Assembly (NCBI GenBank): GCA_002723295.1
Contig: PBNP01000027.1
Location: 8,006-72,005 of the forward strand
Direction of reading: 5' to 3'
Length of the DNA stretch: 64,000 nt
Source of the DNA: Flavobacteriaceae bacterium
Lineage (GTDB): Bacteria > Bacteroidota > Bacteroidia > Flavobacteriales > Flavobacteriaceae
Below the pieces are notes generated by a model. The model worked only from the letters and a program-made list of their open reading frames with translations, had not been told where the DNA came from and did no database searches. A program made the translations under genes and the position numbers. How positions within the stretch are numbered: position 1 is the stretch's first letter; every line of letters starts with the position of its first letter. Positions 46,017 to 55,886 of the stretch are shown piece by piece.

Positions 46017-46585
46017 TGACAAAAAAGATAACCATATATAAAAATTGGGTTATTGTTTTATCAATAACCCTTTTTTGTTCATGTATTGATAATACTGAAG
46101 CATTAATAGATTTAAATTCTTTCAAAGATCAACCGGTTGGAACTGCTTTTGATATAAGATTGGTATATACTGATTCATTAAGAATTTCAGCGGTATTAAG
46201 TTCGTCAAAGCATGTCGATTATACTAATTTACCTTTTAAATATTCAGAATTCCCAGAAGGCGTTAATGTTATTTTTTATGATAAAGATAATGATGAAAAT
46301 GAGGTAAGAGCTGATTATGCAATACTTTATGAATCAACTAAACTTGTTGATTTGCAAGGAAATGTAATATTAAAATCCAAAAGTGGTGCTGAATTAATTA
46401 CAGATCAATTATTTTGGGATTCAGATAATGATTGGATGTTTACAGAAAATGAATTCATTTATAAAGATGTAGATTATGAAATAAATGCAATAAGATTGGA
46501 CACAAATAAAGAATTTACTAAATTTAAGACCGGTGAGCTCACTGGGAAAATATCTGTGAAAGAAATACAAGATAGTATCAAATAA
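46016..46585 (+). CDS. lptC: LptC-like LPS export periplasmic protein
   Basis: 189-aa membrane-anchored/lipoprotein-like N-terminus followed by a beta-jellyroll-like body. Size, position and composition fit the flavobacterial LptC, but motif support is weak. Confidence 0.45.
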   Translation: MTKKITIYKNWVIVLSITLFCSCIDNTEALIDLNSFKDQPVGTAFDIRLVYTDSLRISAVLSSSKHVDYTNLPFKYSEFPEGVNVIFYDKDNDENEVRADYAILYESTKLVDLQGNVILKSKSGAELITDQLFWDSDNDWMFTENEFIYKDVDYEINAIRLDTNKEFTKFKTGELTGKISVKEIQDSIK

Positions 46586-46587
46586 CC

Positions 46588-46785
46588 ATGAAAAATCTGA
46601 TTATATCCGAAATATTATATTGGGTAATTGCTGTGATTTCTACTTTTCAAGTTTTTAAACTTTGGCCATTTAATAAAGAAAGAGCCTATATTTTTATTTT
46701 TTTTGGTGTTTTATCTGTTTTTATGGCTCTTTTTAGAAGACATTACAGAAACAAATATGCTAATAAGAATTCTGATAATCTATAA
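46588..46785 (+). CDS. small two-TM membrane protein
   Basis: 65 aa with two hydrophobic helices. Tightly packed (2 nt and 0 nt gaps) between the lptC-like and CNNM-like genes. Confidence 0.5.
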   Translation: MKNLIISEILYWVIAVISTFQVFKLWPFNKERAYIFIFFGVLSVFMALFRRHYRNKYANKNSDNL

Positions 46786-48060
46786 ATGTTAGACTCAGAT
46801 ATTGTTATTATATGTGCTTTATTACTTTCAGCCTTTTTTTCAGGTTTAGAAATAGCATTTGTTTCTTCAAACAGATTATTTCTTGAAATACAAAAAAAAC
46901 GTGTAGGCTTTAGTTCAAGATTACTAAAAAATTGCACCAAAAACCCATCAAAATTTATTGCTACGATGTTAGTTGGGAATAACATTTCTCTTGTAATTTA
47001 TGGCATATTTATGGGAGATAGAATATTAGGTTTTTTATTTCCAGAATCAATGAGCAATTCAAATTTTGAATTTGATATTTTACTTTATCAAACAACTATT
47101 TCTACAATAATCATTTTAGTAACTGCTGAGTTTTTGCCAAAAGTCTTTTTTCAATTATATTCACACAGATTAATTACCCTTTTTGCTATACCTGCTGCAT
47201 TTTTCTTTTACCTATTTAATCCAATAACTACTGCTATAATTAAATTAAATGATTGGATTTTAAATTACATATTTAAAATCCAAACTAATCAGGTACAGCT
47301 GTCTTTTTCTAAAATAGAATTAGGTGATTATATTGAGGATCAAATAGAAAGCTTTAAGAATAAAGAAGGAATTGATTCAGAAATTCAAATATTTCAGAAT
47401 GCACTTGACTTTTCAGCTCTTCGCTCTAGAGAGGTTATGGTTCCGAGGACAGAGATAATTGCTGTTGAGCAAAACACAACATCTGATGAGCTTAGAGAAA
47501 TTTTTATTGAAACAGGACTATCTAAAATTCCAGTATATAGAGAATCTATTGATAATATAGTTGGATATATACACGCTTTTGAAATGTTTAGACAACCAAA
47601 AAAAATCAAAGATATTATTTTACCAGTTTCATTTATTCCTGAACCTATGCCAATAAATAAAGTTCTTGAACTTCTTTCTAAGCAGAGAAGGAGTATGGCA
47701 ATAGTTTTAGATGAATATGGAGGCACATCTGGTTTAATAACCATTGAAGATATAGTAGAAGAATTGTTTGGTGAGATTGAGGATGAACATGACCATATAG
47801 ATCATACAGAAAAACAACTTTCCCAAAATAAGTTTGAATTTTCTGCAAGACTTGAGGTAGATTATGTTAATCAAAATTATGAACTTGAAATAATTGAAAG
47901 TGATTTATATGAAACCCTTGGAGGATGGATTGTTCATCATACTGAGAAAATACCAAAAAAAAATGACATAATTACCATTCAAAATTTTAGGCTAAAAGTT
48001 CTTGAAGTTTCTTCAAATAAAATTGAAAGAGTTTTGTTGGAAAAATTAATTGACAATTAA
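46786..48060 (+). CDS. DUF21-CBS-CorC_HlyC (CNNM/hemolysin-family) membrane protein, GldE-like
   Basis: Four N-terminal TMs, a CBS pair (REVMVPRTEI ... IPVYRESIDNIVGYIH ... MAIVLDEYGGTSGLITIEDIVEELFGEIEDEHD) and a C-terminal CorC domain. No gldD lies next to it. Confidence 0.75.
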   Translation: MLDSDIVIICALLLSAFFSGLEIAFVSSNRLFLEIQKKRVGFSSRLLKNCTKNPSKFIATMLVGNNISLVIYGIFMGDRILGFLFPESMSNSNFEFDILLYQTTISTIIILVTAEFLPKVFFQLYSHRLITLFAIPAAFFFYLFNPITTAIIKLNDWILNYIFKIQTNQVQLSFSKIELGDYIEDQIESFKNKEGIDSEIQIFQNALDFSALRSREVMVPRTEIIAVEQNTTSDELREIFIETGLSKIPVYRESIDNIVGYIHAFEMFRQPKKIKDIILPVSFIPEPMPINKVLELLSKQRRSMAIVLDEYGGTSGLITIEDIVEELFGEIEDEHDHIDHTEKQLSQNKFEFSARLEVDYVNQNYELEIIESDLYETLGGWIVHHTEKIPKKNDIITIQNFRLKVLEVSSNKIERVLLEKLIDN

Positions 48061-48153
48061 AGATTATAATTTTTCTATTAATAAATAATCCTAATATTTT
48101 TATAAACGTTATGGATATTGTAAATTCGCACCGATTTAAAACTTAAGATTATT

Positions 48154-50274
48154 ATGGCTATACTTGGTCAAATAAGACAGAGATCATTCTTTCTGATTTT
48201 AGTTATTGGAATGGCTCTTTTTGCTTTTGTTATTTCTGGAGTTTTTACAAATAATGCTGGAAATAATAATCCAACAGGCCCCATAGCTCTAATTAATGAT
48301 GAGGAAGTTGATGTTGACTTATTTAGATTTAATGTTGATCAGGCTGAAAGAACATATAATTATTCTAGATTACAGGCAGTTTCATTAGTATGGGATCAAA
48401 CTATTCGTAATTCCATTTTGAATCAAGAATTTGACATTTTAGGGATTGATGCTGGAAAAGCTCAATTGGAACAAATTATTAGTAGTAATGATTCTTTTCT
48501 TAATGACACTAGGTTTTTAAATGAATCTGGATTTTTTGATTTTGGATTGTTTACAAATTTTCTTGTTGATTTGAGAACCAATAATCCCGAATCATATGAA
48601 AATTGGAAATTACAAGAACAAAAAATAATTAGTATTGCAAAAGAAAGAATTTACCTTGACTTAATTAAGTCTAGTGCTGGATTTACTGAAGTTGAAGGCA
48701 AAGCAGCATACCATATAGAAAACGATAAAATATCAATTGAATATTTACAATTACCATTTAATATTATTGAAGACAGTTTAGTTTTTGTTTCAGATAATGA
48801 GATAAAAAAATATATATCCGATAATTCTGATCAGTATAAGAGAGATGAGACCAGATCTCTTCGATTTGTTTTTTTTCCAGAAGTTGCGACTGATCAAGAT
48901 ATAAGTGATCAACGAAATGAGTTAGAATTAATTATTAATGATCGCATTGAGTATAATGATGTTTCTAAGTTAACAGATACTATTGTTGGATTTAAAAATA
49001 CTTTTGATATTCTTGATTTTGTTGATCAATATTCAGCAATTCCATTTGATTCCGTTTATCAACCTAAAGGAAGTCTTTCTTCAGAATATGCTGAAATAAT
49101 TTTCAATCTTAAAACTGGAGATGTTTTTGGACCATACAAGGATGGTGATAATTTAAAGCTAACTCGTTTTATGGACCGAAAAAAAGGAGGATCTTTAAGA
49201 GCAAGTCACCTACTTATTGCTTATAAAGGTGCTACTGGTTCAACAAATCAAGTAACAAGATCAAAAGAACAGGCTAAACAAAAAGCGAAAAAATTATATA
49301 GTCAAATAAGAAATAATCCCAATATTTTTGAAAATTTGGTAAGAGAAAATTCAGATGGACCATCTAAATCTTTAGGTGGGGATTTAGGTTTTTTTCAAGA
49401 AGGATATATGGCAAAAGAGTTTTTTAATTTTGTAAATAAAAATAGAATAGGAAAGGTTGGATTAGTAGAAACTGAATTTGGTTTTCATATAATTAAAATT
49501 ACTGATAAAGAAGACATTGTATTAACAGCGAATATAATTCAACCTATTATTCCTTCAGAAAATACAGCTAACTCTGTTTTTAAGACTGCAACAACTTTTG
49601 AAATGGAAGCGATTCAATCTAATCCTGAAAAATTTAAATCTATTGCTGAAGACAAAAAAAATGAAGTACAAGAAGTAATGTATGTAAATGCTTTAGATGA
49701 AAACCTTCCAGGATTATTTGAACAAAGACCTATTGTTCAATGGGCTTTTGATGATGAAACTGAATTAGGTGATATTCGTAAGTTTAGCATTTCTTCTGGT
49801 GGTTATGCTGTAGTCCAATTAACAAAGATTAGGGATGATGGTATTGCTCAGATTGAAGAAGTAAGATTTGAGATTAGTGAAAGACTTAAAAATCAAAAAA
49901 AAGCTGAATTAATTGAAAAGAAATATAAAAACTTTAAAAATCTTGAGCTACTATCAGAAGCTTCCAATCAAGAAATTCAATCAGCTTCTGCTTTAACTCA
50001 AATAAATGCTGTAATTGCAGGTGCTGGTCAAGAGCCCTATATTATTGGTGCTGCATTTGCTCTTGATATCAATCAAACATCTGAATTAATTACTGGTCAA
50101 AATGGTTTATATATGATTAGATTATTAAATAAAGATTTAGCGATTGATTTGGCAAATTATTCAGCTTATTCAAATACACTTAAGAATGCTGAAAATAATA
50201 GGATAAACACAGCAATATATGATGCTTTGAAATCCTCCGCATCAATTGAAGACAATAGATCTTTATATTATTAA
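48154..50274 (+). CDS. PpiD/SurA-like periplasmic peptidyl-prolyl isomerase chaperone
   Basis: N-terminal membrane anchor and a long chaperone domain. Parvulin PPIase block ASHLLIAYKGA ... GGDLGFFQEG ... EFGFHIIK. Confidence 0.7.
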   Translation: MAILGQIRQRSFFLILVIGMALFAFVISGVFTNNAGNNNPTGPIALINDEEVDVDLFRFNVDQAERTYNYSRLQAVSLVWDQTIRNSILNQEFDILGIDAGKAQLEQIISSNDSFLNDTRFLNESGFFDFGLFTNFLVDLRTNNPESYENWKLQEQKIISIAKERIYLDLIKSSAGFTEVEGKAAYHIENDKISIEYLQLPFNIIEDSLVFVSDNEIKKYISDNSDQYKRDETRSLRFVFFPEVATDQDISDQRNELELIINDRIEYNDVSKLTDTIVGFKNTFDILDFVDQYSAIPFDSVYQPKGSLSSEYAEIIFNLKTGDVFGPYKDGDNLKLTRFMDRKKGGSLRASHLLIAYKGATGSTNQVTRSKEQAKQKAKKLYSQIRNNPNIFENLVRENSDGPSKSLGGDLGFFQEGYMAKEFFNFVNKNRIGKVGLVETEFGFHIIKITDKEDIVLTANIIQPIIPSENTANSVFKTATTFEMEAIQSNPEKFKSIAEDKKNEVQEVMYVNALDENLPGLFEQRPIVQWAFDDETELGDIRKFSISSGGYAVVQLTKIRDDGIAQIEEVRFEISERLKNQKKAELIEKKYKNFKNLELLSEASNQEIQSASALTQINAVIAGAGQEPYIIGAAFALDINQTSELITGQNGLYMIRLLNKDLAIDLANYSAYSNTLKNAENNRINTAIYDALKSSASIEDNRSLYY

Positions 50275-50279
50275 ATTTA

Positions 50280-51182
50280 TTAAAACTCCTTAATTATTTC
50301 TTGATATTTAAAGCCTGTTTTTAGGTTTTTATTTATAAAATAATCTAAAGAATCTTTTGGTCCAGCAGCTAGAAAAAAATCTCCTCCCCAAGCCCCTAAA
50401 TTTTTTACAGTTCCCTTATAATCTGGGAATTTTGATTTTAGAGGTTTTTTATTTAATAATGAGCCAATTAGATTTTCATGATAATCAATTAATTTTGAGA
50501 AATCTTTTAAATTAGCACATTTTAAAAATTCAATTGATAAATTAGAAATATCATCAATGATATTTGAACTAATCTTAGACTTATTATTAAATTCTTTTAT
50601 TTCCAATTGAGTATTTTGCTTTTTGTTTTGATATATAAAAAAAAGATATTCCTTAAAGCTTGGAGAAAAATTAACAGGAACTATTTTGTTATTTGTTTTA
50701 TGTTTTGAAAATAAAATTGAAGAATTATTTTGAGCACAAGCAATATCATATCCACTTCCTCCAAATGATTTATTTAATATAAAATATGGATTAACATTTG
50801 CCCATTGGGAAATATTATTTATTAATGTAGATGAAGTGCCTAATCCCCAATTAAAATCAAAGGTTAGATTTGTTCTCACAGTTTTTCCTGAAATTAAGAA
50901 GTTTGGATTAATTTCTTTACAAATTTTAAGTATTTGTATTAGTTTAAGTGTTATCGCCTCATCAGTTGTTTCTATAATATCTAATTTTTTAATATTTAAT
51001 ATACATTCAAACCAGATTTTTTTGTCTGAGTTTAAACTAGTCCATTTTATAATGTTATTAGAATTATTTATGACACATAAATCTTGTCCCATTTTAGTTG
51101 GTAATCCTATAGCTTTTGCTCCTTTTGTTATAACATATTCTCCACAAAGTAAAATTTTTCCATTACTATAGAAACGTTTCAT
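50280..51182 (-). CDS. GYDIA-family GHMP kinase (candidate mevalonate-pathway kinase)
   Basis: GHMP-like Gly-rich motif NWGLGTSS and the family-defining GSGYDIACAQ. Lies directly downstream of the HMG-CoA reductase gene. Confidence 0.6.
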   Translation of the reverse strand: MKRFYSNGKILLCGEYVITKGAKAIGLPTKMGQDLCVINNSNNIIKWTSLNSDKKIWFECILNIKKLDIIETTDEAITLKLIQILKICKEINPNFLISGKTVRTNLTFDFNWGLGTSSTLINNISQWANVNPYFILNKSFGGSGYDIACAQNNSSILFSKHKTNNKIVPVNFSPSFKEYLFFIYQNKKQNTQLEIKEFNNKSKISSNIIDDISNLSIEFLKCANLKDFSKLIDYHENLIGSLLNKKPLKSKFPDYKGTVKNLGAWGGDFFLAAGPKDSLDYFINKNLKTGFKYQEIIKEF

Positions 51183-51187
51183 AATAG

Positions 51188-52495
51188 CTATATTTTTAGA
51201 AAATTTCTTACATTATTGAAATTCACAATATTATTCTTAAAATGCTCTAAAGCTTTTATTTTTTGACTTTTTGTTGCATTTAATTGATTTAAAATGTTAA
51301 GAAGATGCATTTTCATATGACCTTTCTGAATTCCTGATGTTATTAAAGAACGAATAGCTGCAAAATTTTGTGCTAATCCTGCAACAGAAATAATCTCCAT
51401 TAATTCTCTTGAATTTGGATTATTCAATAGATTCAAAGACCAATTTACAAGGGGATGAAGTTTAGTTAATCCTCCAACGGTTCCAATTGATATTGGAAGA
51501 GTTATTTCTAAATTAAAAACATTGTTTTTTATGTATGCTGAACTGAGACTTTTATAGACACCATCTTTTGAAGCATAAGAATGAACTCCAGCTTCAATAG
51601 CCCTGAAATCATTACCAGTAGCTAATGCTAAGGCGTCAACTCCATTCATAATTCCTTTATTATGTGTAACGGCCCTGTATGGCTCTTTATTAGCAATATT
51701 TACAGCTTGAATAAACTTATCTGCAAATTGTTTTGGAGATATATTTTCATTATCATTAAGATCATCAACTGAACATTTAACCCACGATTTAACAAGGCAA
51801 TTAGGAACATAGTTTGACATAATACTCATTATTATTTCAAGTTCTTTTTCATTTTGGGTAAAACCCTCATATTGTTTAGCAAATTTTTTTAAACTGAAGG
51901 CCATCTTTTCTAGGCAAGAATTTATATAATTTGCCCCCATTGAATCTACTGTATTAAAAGTCACAGAAATTTGAAAATATGTAATTATATCAAAAGTTTT
52001 ATCTACCAAATCTATTGAGAGAATTCCCCCACCTCGATTGTTCATGTTGGTTGAAATTTTCTCACAAGATTTATGAAGAAGTTTTTTGTGTTGATTAAAA
52101 AAAGAGACAAGATTATTTTTCTTCCCATTAAAAAGAAAATGAATTTGACCAACTTTTTCTATTCCTAAAACTTTTGATTTAAAACCTCCACGACTACTCC
52201 AATATTTAGCTGCATTTGCTGCTGCAGCTACTACAGAACTTTCCTCAATTGCCATTGGTAAAGTATAGTTTTTACCATTAATTATAAAATTTGGGGCTAC
52301 ACCCAATGGAATATAGAAATTAGAAAGAGTGTTTTCAATAAATTCATCATGTTTATTTTGAATTTCTATATTTGAATTCCAATAATCTCTAAGTGTATTT
52401 TTTGCCTTTTGTGGGTCATTAAAATAAGTATTTGTTACCCAATCTATCTTTTCAATTTTACTTAATTTAGAAAATCCGGAAATTTGCTTTTTCAT
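51188..52495 (-). CDS. class II hydroxymethylglutaryl-CoA reductase
   Basis: Shows EESSVVAAAANAAK, VDSMGANYIN, ATGNDFRAIEAG and the GTVGG blocks characteristic of class II HMGR. Confidence 0.8.
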   Translation of the reverse strand: MKKQISGFSKLSKIEKIDWVTNTYFNDPQKAKNTLRDYWNSNIEIQNKHDEFIENTLSNFYIPLGVAPNFIINGKNYTLPMAIEESSVVAAAANAAKYWSSRGGFKSKVLGIEKVGQIHFLFNGKKNNLVSFFNQHKKLLHKSCEKISTNMNNRGGGILSIDLVDKTFDIITYFQISVTFNTVDSMGANYINSCLEKMAFSLKKFAKQYEGFTQNEKELEIIMSIMSNYVPNCLVKSWVKCSVDDLNDNENISPKQFADKFIQAVNIANKEPYRAVTHNKGIMNGVDALALATGNDFRAIEAGVHSYASKDGVYKSLSSAYIKNNVFNLEITLPISIGTVGGLTKLHPLVNWSLNLLNNPNSRELMEIISVAGLAQNFAAIRSLITSGIQKGHMKMHLLNILNQLNATKSQKIKALEHFKNNIVNFNNVRNFLKI

Positions 52496-52500
52496 TTATA

Positions 52501-52537
52501 TAATTTCATTTTCAAATATATGTAATTTCATTTTCAA
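52501..52537. repeat. 15-nt perfect direct repeat TAATTTCATTTTCAA x2 (period 22 nt)
   Basis: Copies at 52501-52515 and 52523-52537, separated by ATATATG. Lies 6-42 nt upstream of the HMGR start codon and overlaps its -7 box. Confidence 0.85.
52513..52520 (-). promoter_or_regulatory. candidate -7 box TATATTTG for the HMGR operon
   Basis: Exact TAnnTTTG match on the minus strand, 17 nt upstream of ATG 52495. Confidence 0.45.
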
Positions 52538-52602
52538 CATTATAATAAATTAAAATTCTCAGTCTATAAAAATGATTACTTTTATTATTAATAATTCTTA
52601 AT

Positions 52603-54126
52603 ATGAACAATCAACATCATTTAACTAAAACAAATCAAATGACTATTTTAGGTCATCCAATTGGATTATATATACTGTTTTTAACTGAAATGTGGGAAAG
52701 GTTTTCCTACTACGGAATGAGAGCAATTCTAGTGCTCTATATAGTTGCTGAAGTTGGTGTTGAAAATTCAGGATTAGGTTGGAGTAATCAAGATGCTTTA
52801 GCATTATATGGATGGTATACAATGTTTGTATATGTAGCTTCAATTCCTGGAGGAATTATAGCTGATAAAATTCTAGGCCAAAAGAAATCAGTTTTTGTTG
52901 GCGGTATGTTATTAGTTGCTGGACATTCAGTCCTTGCTATTACATCTCTTTGGGCATTTTATACTGGACTAGTACTTATAGTTATGGGTGTTGGTATGTT
53001 AAAGCCAAACATTTCAACTATGGTTGGAGGGTTATATCCTAAAGACCAGCAAAACAAAAGGGATATGGGATTCTATATTTTTTACATGGGGATTAATCTT
53101 GGCGCTGCAGCTTCTGCCCTTATAGTTGGTTATATAGGCGAAACAATAGGGTGGCACTATGGCTTTGGATTAGCTGGAATTGGAATGCTTTTAGGACAGT
53201 TAACATATTGGTATGGACAGAAATATTTAATACACGTTGGCAATCTAGTTATTGATAAAAGAGACCAAGATAAAAAAGGACCGTGGTGGGAGAATAATTT
53301 AATTTTTTCAATTTTTAAATCTAAAAATTCTTTAATAGGATTTTTGATTACATTTTTATTAGGTATGATGGTTTGGGTTTTTATTGGCTTATTAGATTAT
53401 GGTTTATTAATAATGGGTTTAGCATTTGCTGTTGGTGTAGCAATTGTAGTCTATAATGATGGAAACAAGGTGGAAAAAGATAGAATTTTGGTAACCTATT
53501 TGTCATTTTTAATAATTATTGTTTTCTGGGGTTCATTCGAGCAAGCAGGTGGTTTACTAAATGTTTATGCTAAACAAAAAACAGATTTACTTATAGGTAA
53601 TTTTTTCGTTCCTGCAAGTTGGTTTCAATCAGTTAATGCAATTTTCATTTTAATTTTTGCCACTCTAGTCGGAAGTTTTTGGGTATGGTGGAGAAACAGA
53701 AATAGAGAATCATCTTCTTTATTTAAAATGGCAATTGGTGTTATTATTATGGGCTGGGGATTTTTCTTCATGTCAGCAGCTTCAATTCAATATGAAGCAG
53801 AAGGCTTATCAAGCATGTACTGGTTAGTTTTAGCATATTTATTTCATACTATTGGTGAATTATGCGCTTCTCCAGTGGCGTTATCTTTTATTACAAAACT
53901 TGCTCCTGAAAGATGGGTTGCATTTATGATGGGCGCATATTTTGCATCAACTGGTTTGGGTAATAAAGTTGCAGGAATATTAGGTGAATCAGCAACAGAA
54001 ATAGGAGAATTTGCAATTTTTACTGGCATTGCAGTATTTTGCACAATTTTTGGATTATTAGTTTTATTTATAATTAAACCATTAAAGAGATTGACTCATA
54101 ATGCTGAAACCTTTAGTTATAAATAA
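52603..54126 (+). CDS. POT/PTR2-family di-/tripeptide:proton symporter
   Basis: Shows the ExxERFxYYG motif (EMWERFSYYGMRAILVLY), the FYMGINLGA block and about 14 TMs. Confidence 0.85.
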   Translation: MNNQHHLTKTNQMTILGHPIGLYILFLTEMWERFSYYGMRAILVLYIVAEVGVENSGLGWSNQDALALYGWYTMFVYVASIPGGIIADKILGQKKSVFVGGMLLVAGHSVLAITSLWAFYTGLVLIVMGVGMLKPNISTMVGGLYPKDQQNKRDMGFYIFYMGINLGAAASALIVGYIGETIGWHYGFGLAGIGMLLGQLTYWYGQKYLIHVGNLVIDKRDQDKKGPWWENNLIFSIFKSKNSLIGFLITFLLGMMVWVFIGLLDYGLLIMGLAFAVGVAIVVYNDGNKVEKDRILVTYLSFLIIIVFWGSFEQAGGLLNVYAKQKTDLLIGNFFVPASWFQSVNAIFILIFATLVGSFWVWWRNRNRESSSLFKMAIGVIIMGWGFFFMSAASIQYEAEGLSSMYWLVLAYLFHTIGELCASPVALSFITKLAPERWVAFMMGAYFASTGLGNKVAGILGESATEIGEFAIFTGIAVFCTIFGLLVLFIIKPLKRLTHNAETFSYK

Positions 54127-54132
54127 ATTCAT

Positions 54133-55884
54133 ATGAACCAAAATATAAACACTGAGGTTTTTAATACTAATGTCTTAGGTCATCCCTCACTTTTATTTGT
54201 GCTTTTTTTCACAGAAATGTGGGAGAGATTTTCTTATTATGGCATGAGAGCTATTTTAGTAATCTTTTTGACAGGACAAATTATTGGCGACAACCCTGGA
54301 TGGGGGTGGACCTCTTCTGAAGCATTGTCTTTATTAGGCACATATGCATTATTTGTTTATTTAACTCCCCTAATAGGTGGTTGGTTAGCAGATAATAAAA
54401 TTGGCTATAGAATAGCAGTAGTAATTGGGGCATTATTCATGACTTTAGGGCATGCTTCTATGGCCATGGAAACCCCTATGTTTCTTTATATAGGAATTAC
54501 TTTATTGATAGTAGGAAATGGTTTTTTTAAACCCAATATGACTTCAATAATTTCTAAAATATATGAAGGTAGAGATGATAAAAAAGATGGTGCTTATAAT
54601 ATATTTTATATGGGTGTTAATGCTGGCGCTTTTATTGGAATTATGCTATGTGGCTGGATTGGAGAAAAGATAGGTTGGAGTTATGGGTTCGGGTTGGCAG
54701 GGATATTTATGCTATTAGGAATGTTACAGTTTTATTATGCACAACCCTTATTTGGAAACATAGGAGAAAAGCCAGATAAGATAAAGATTAAAGAAATAGA
54801 TGTTAGTGATAATAATGAAAAACTCAATCCTTTTTTATTTATTGATTATACATTAATTGGGATTTTTATTTTCAGTGCACTTATTTTCATAATAAATGAT
54901 CCATTAAGTAAAATAGGAAATATAGATACATTCAATTTTACCGTTTTTACACTTGAGGATTCATTGTTTTTTGCAATATTGGCAATAATTAGCTTTTTTG
55001 CAATACTGATTATTAGAATTCCAAGATATTCTAAGATTGTTCGTGATAGGATGATTGCTTTTTCAGTTTTTTGTTTGTTTACTGTTTTCTTTTGGGCTGG
55101 TTTTGAACAAGGAGCATGTTCATTACCTATATATACAAGGGATTTTACAAATAGATTTTTAGATGGTGGAGCTGCTATATTATTTAAAATAATTGATTTA
55201 TTAGTTACTGTTATTCCACTAGGTATTATCACTTATGTTCTTATAAAGCTATTTATGGTCACATATAAAAAAGTAAAATTATCTAATACAATATTGGGGT
55301 TAAGTTTTATAATCATATGGGGGATTGTTATATACAAATTATTTATTGAATTTAAATCTACAGAAACAGAAGTTCCCGTAACATGGTTCGCAATATTAAA
55401 TTCATTATTCATAATAGTGTTCGCGCCATTATTTACAAAATGGTGGGATAGTAAATATAATCCACCAGCTTCAGTAAAATACTTTTTGGGACTTTTTCTT
55501 TTAGGTGTTGGTTTTGCTTTTCTAGCTTTTGGAGCCAGAAATGTACCAACAGGTGCTCAGACTGCTAGTTTAAGTATGATGTGGTTAGTTTTGGCTTATC
55601 TTTTTCATACTTTAGGAGAACTTTGCTTATCCCCAATGGGGTTGTCTTACTTAAGTAAATTGATTCCTGCAAGAATGATAGCTTTTATGTTTGGAGTATA
55701 TTATTTAGCTATAGCTATTGGGCAAAAATTAGCGCATTATGTTGGTGGAGATATTGATAATATTACTCAGCAATATGGTTTATCAGGATTTTTCTTAATT
55801 TTTACTATAATCCCAATATTATTAGGATTAATATCTTTATTATTACACCCATTAATTAAGAAATTAATGCACGGAATAAAATAG
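54133..55884 (+). CDS. POT/PTR2-family peptide transporter (longer paralogue)
   Basis: Shows EMWERFSYYGMRAILVIF and FYMGVNAGA. Carries an extra central hydrophobic insert relative to the upstream paralogue. Confidence 0.85.
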   Translation: MNQNINTEVFNTNVLGHPSLLFVLFFTEMWERFSYYGMRAILVIFLTGQIIGDNPGWGWTSSEALSLLGTYALFVYLTPLIGGWLADNKIGYRIAVVIGALFMTLGHASMAMETPMFLYIGITLLIVGNGFFKPNMTSIISKIYEGRDDKKDGAYNIFYMGVNAGAFIGIMLCGWIGEKIGWSYGFGLAGIFMLLGMLQFYYAQPLFGNIGEKPDKIKIKEIDVSDNNEKLNPFLFIDYTLIGIFIFSALIFIINDPLSKIGNIDTFNFTVFTLEDSLFFAILAIISFFAILIIRIPRYSKIVRDRMIAFSVFCLFTVFFWAGFEQGACSLPIYTRDFTNRFLDGGAAILFKIIDLLVTVIPLGIITYVLIKLFMVTYKKVKLSNTILGLSFIIIWGIVIYKLFIEFKSTETEVPVTWFAILNSLFIIVFAPLFTKWWDSKYNPPASVKYFLGLFLLGVGFAFLAFGARNVPTGAQTASLSMMWLVLAYLFHTLGELCLSPMGLSYLSKLIPARMIAFMFGVYYLAIAIGQKLAHYVGGDIDNITQQYGLSGFFLIFTIIPILLGLISLLLHPLIKKLMHGIK

Positions 55885-55886
55885 AT

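Noticed and set aside
47394-55232. Longer antisense ORFs 47394-47744 (116 aa), 50836-51171 (111 aa), 53844-54044 and 54846-55232 (128 aa).
   Set aside because: Each is embedded in a confidently assigned gene (CNNM/GldE-like, GYDIA kinase, POT transporters). In AT-rich genomes stop-free antisense frames of this length are common, and I see no supporting signals.
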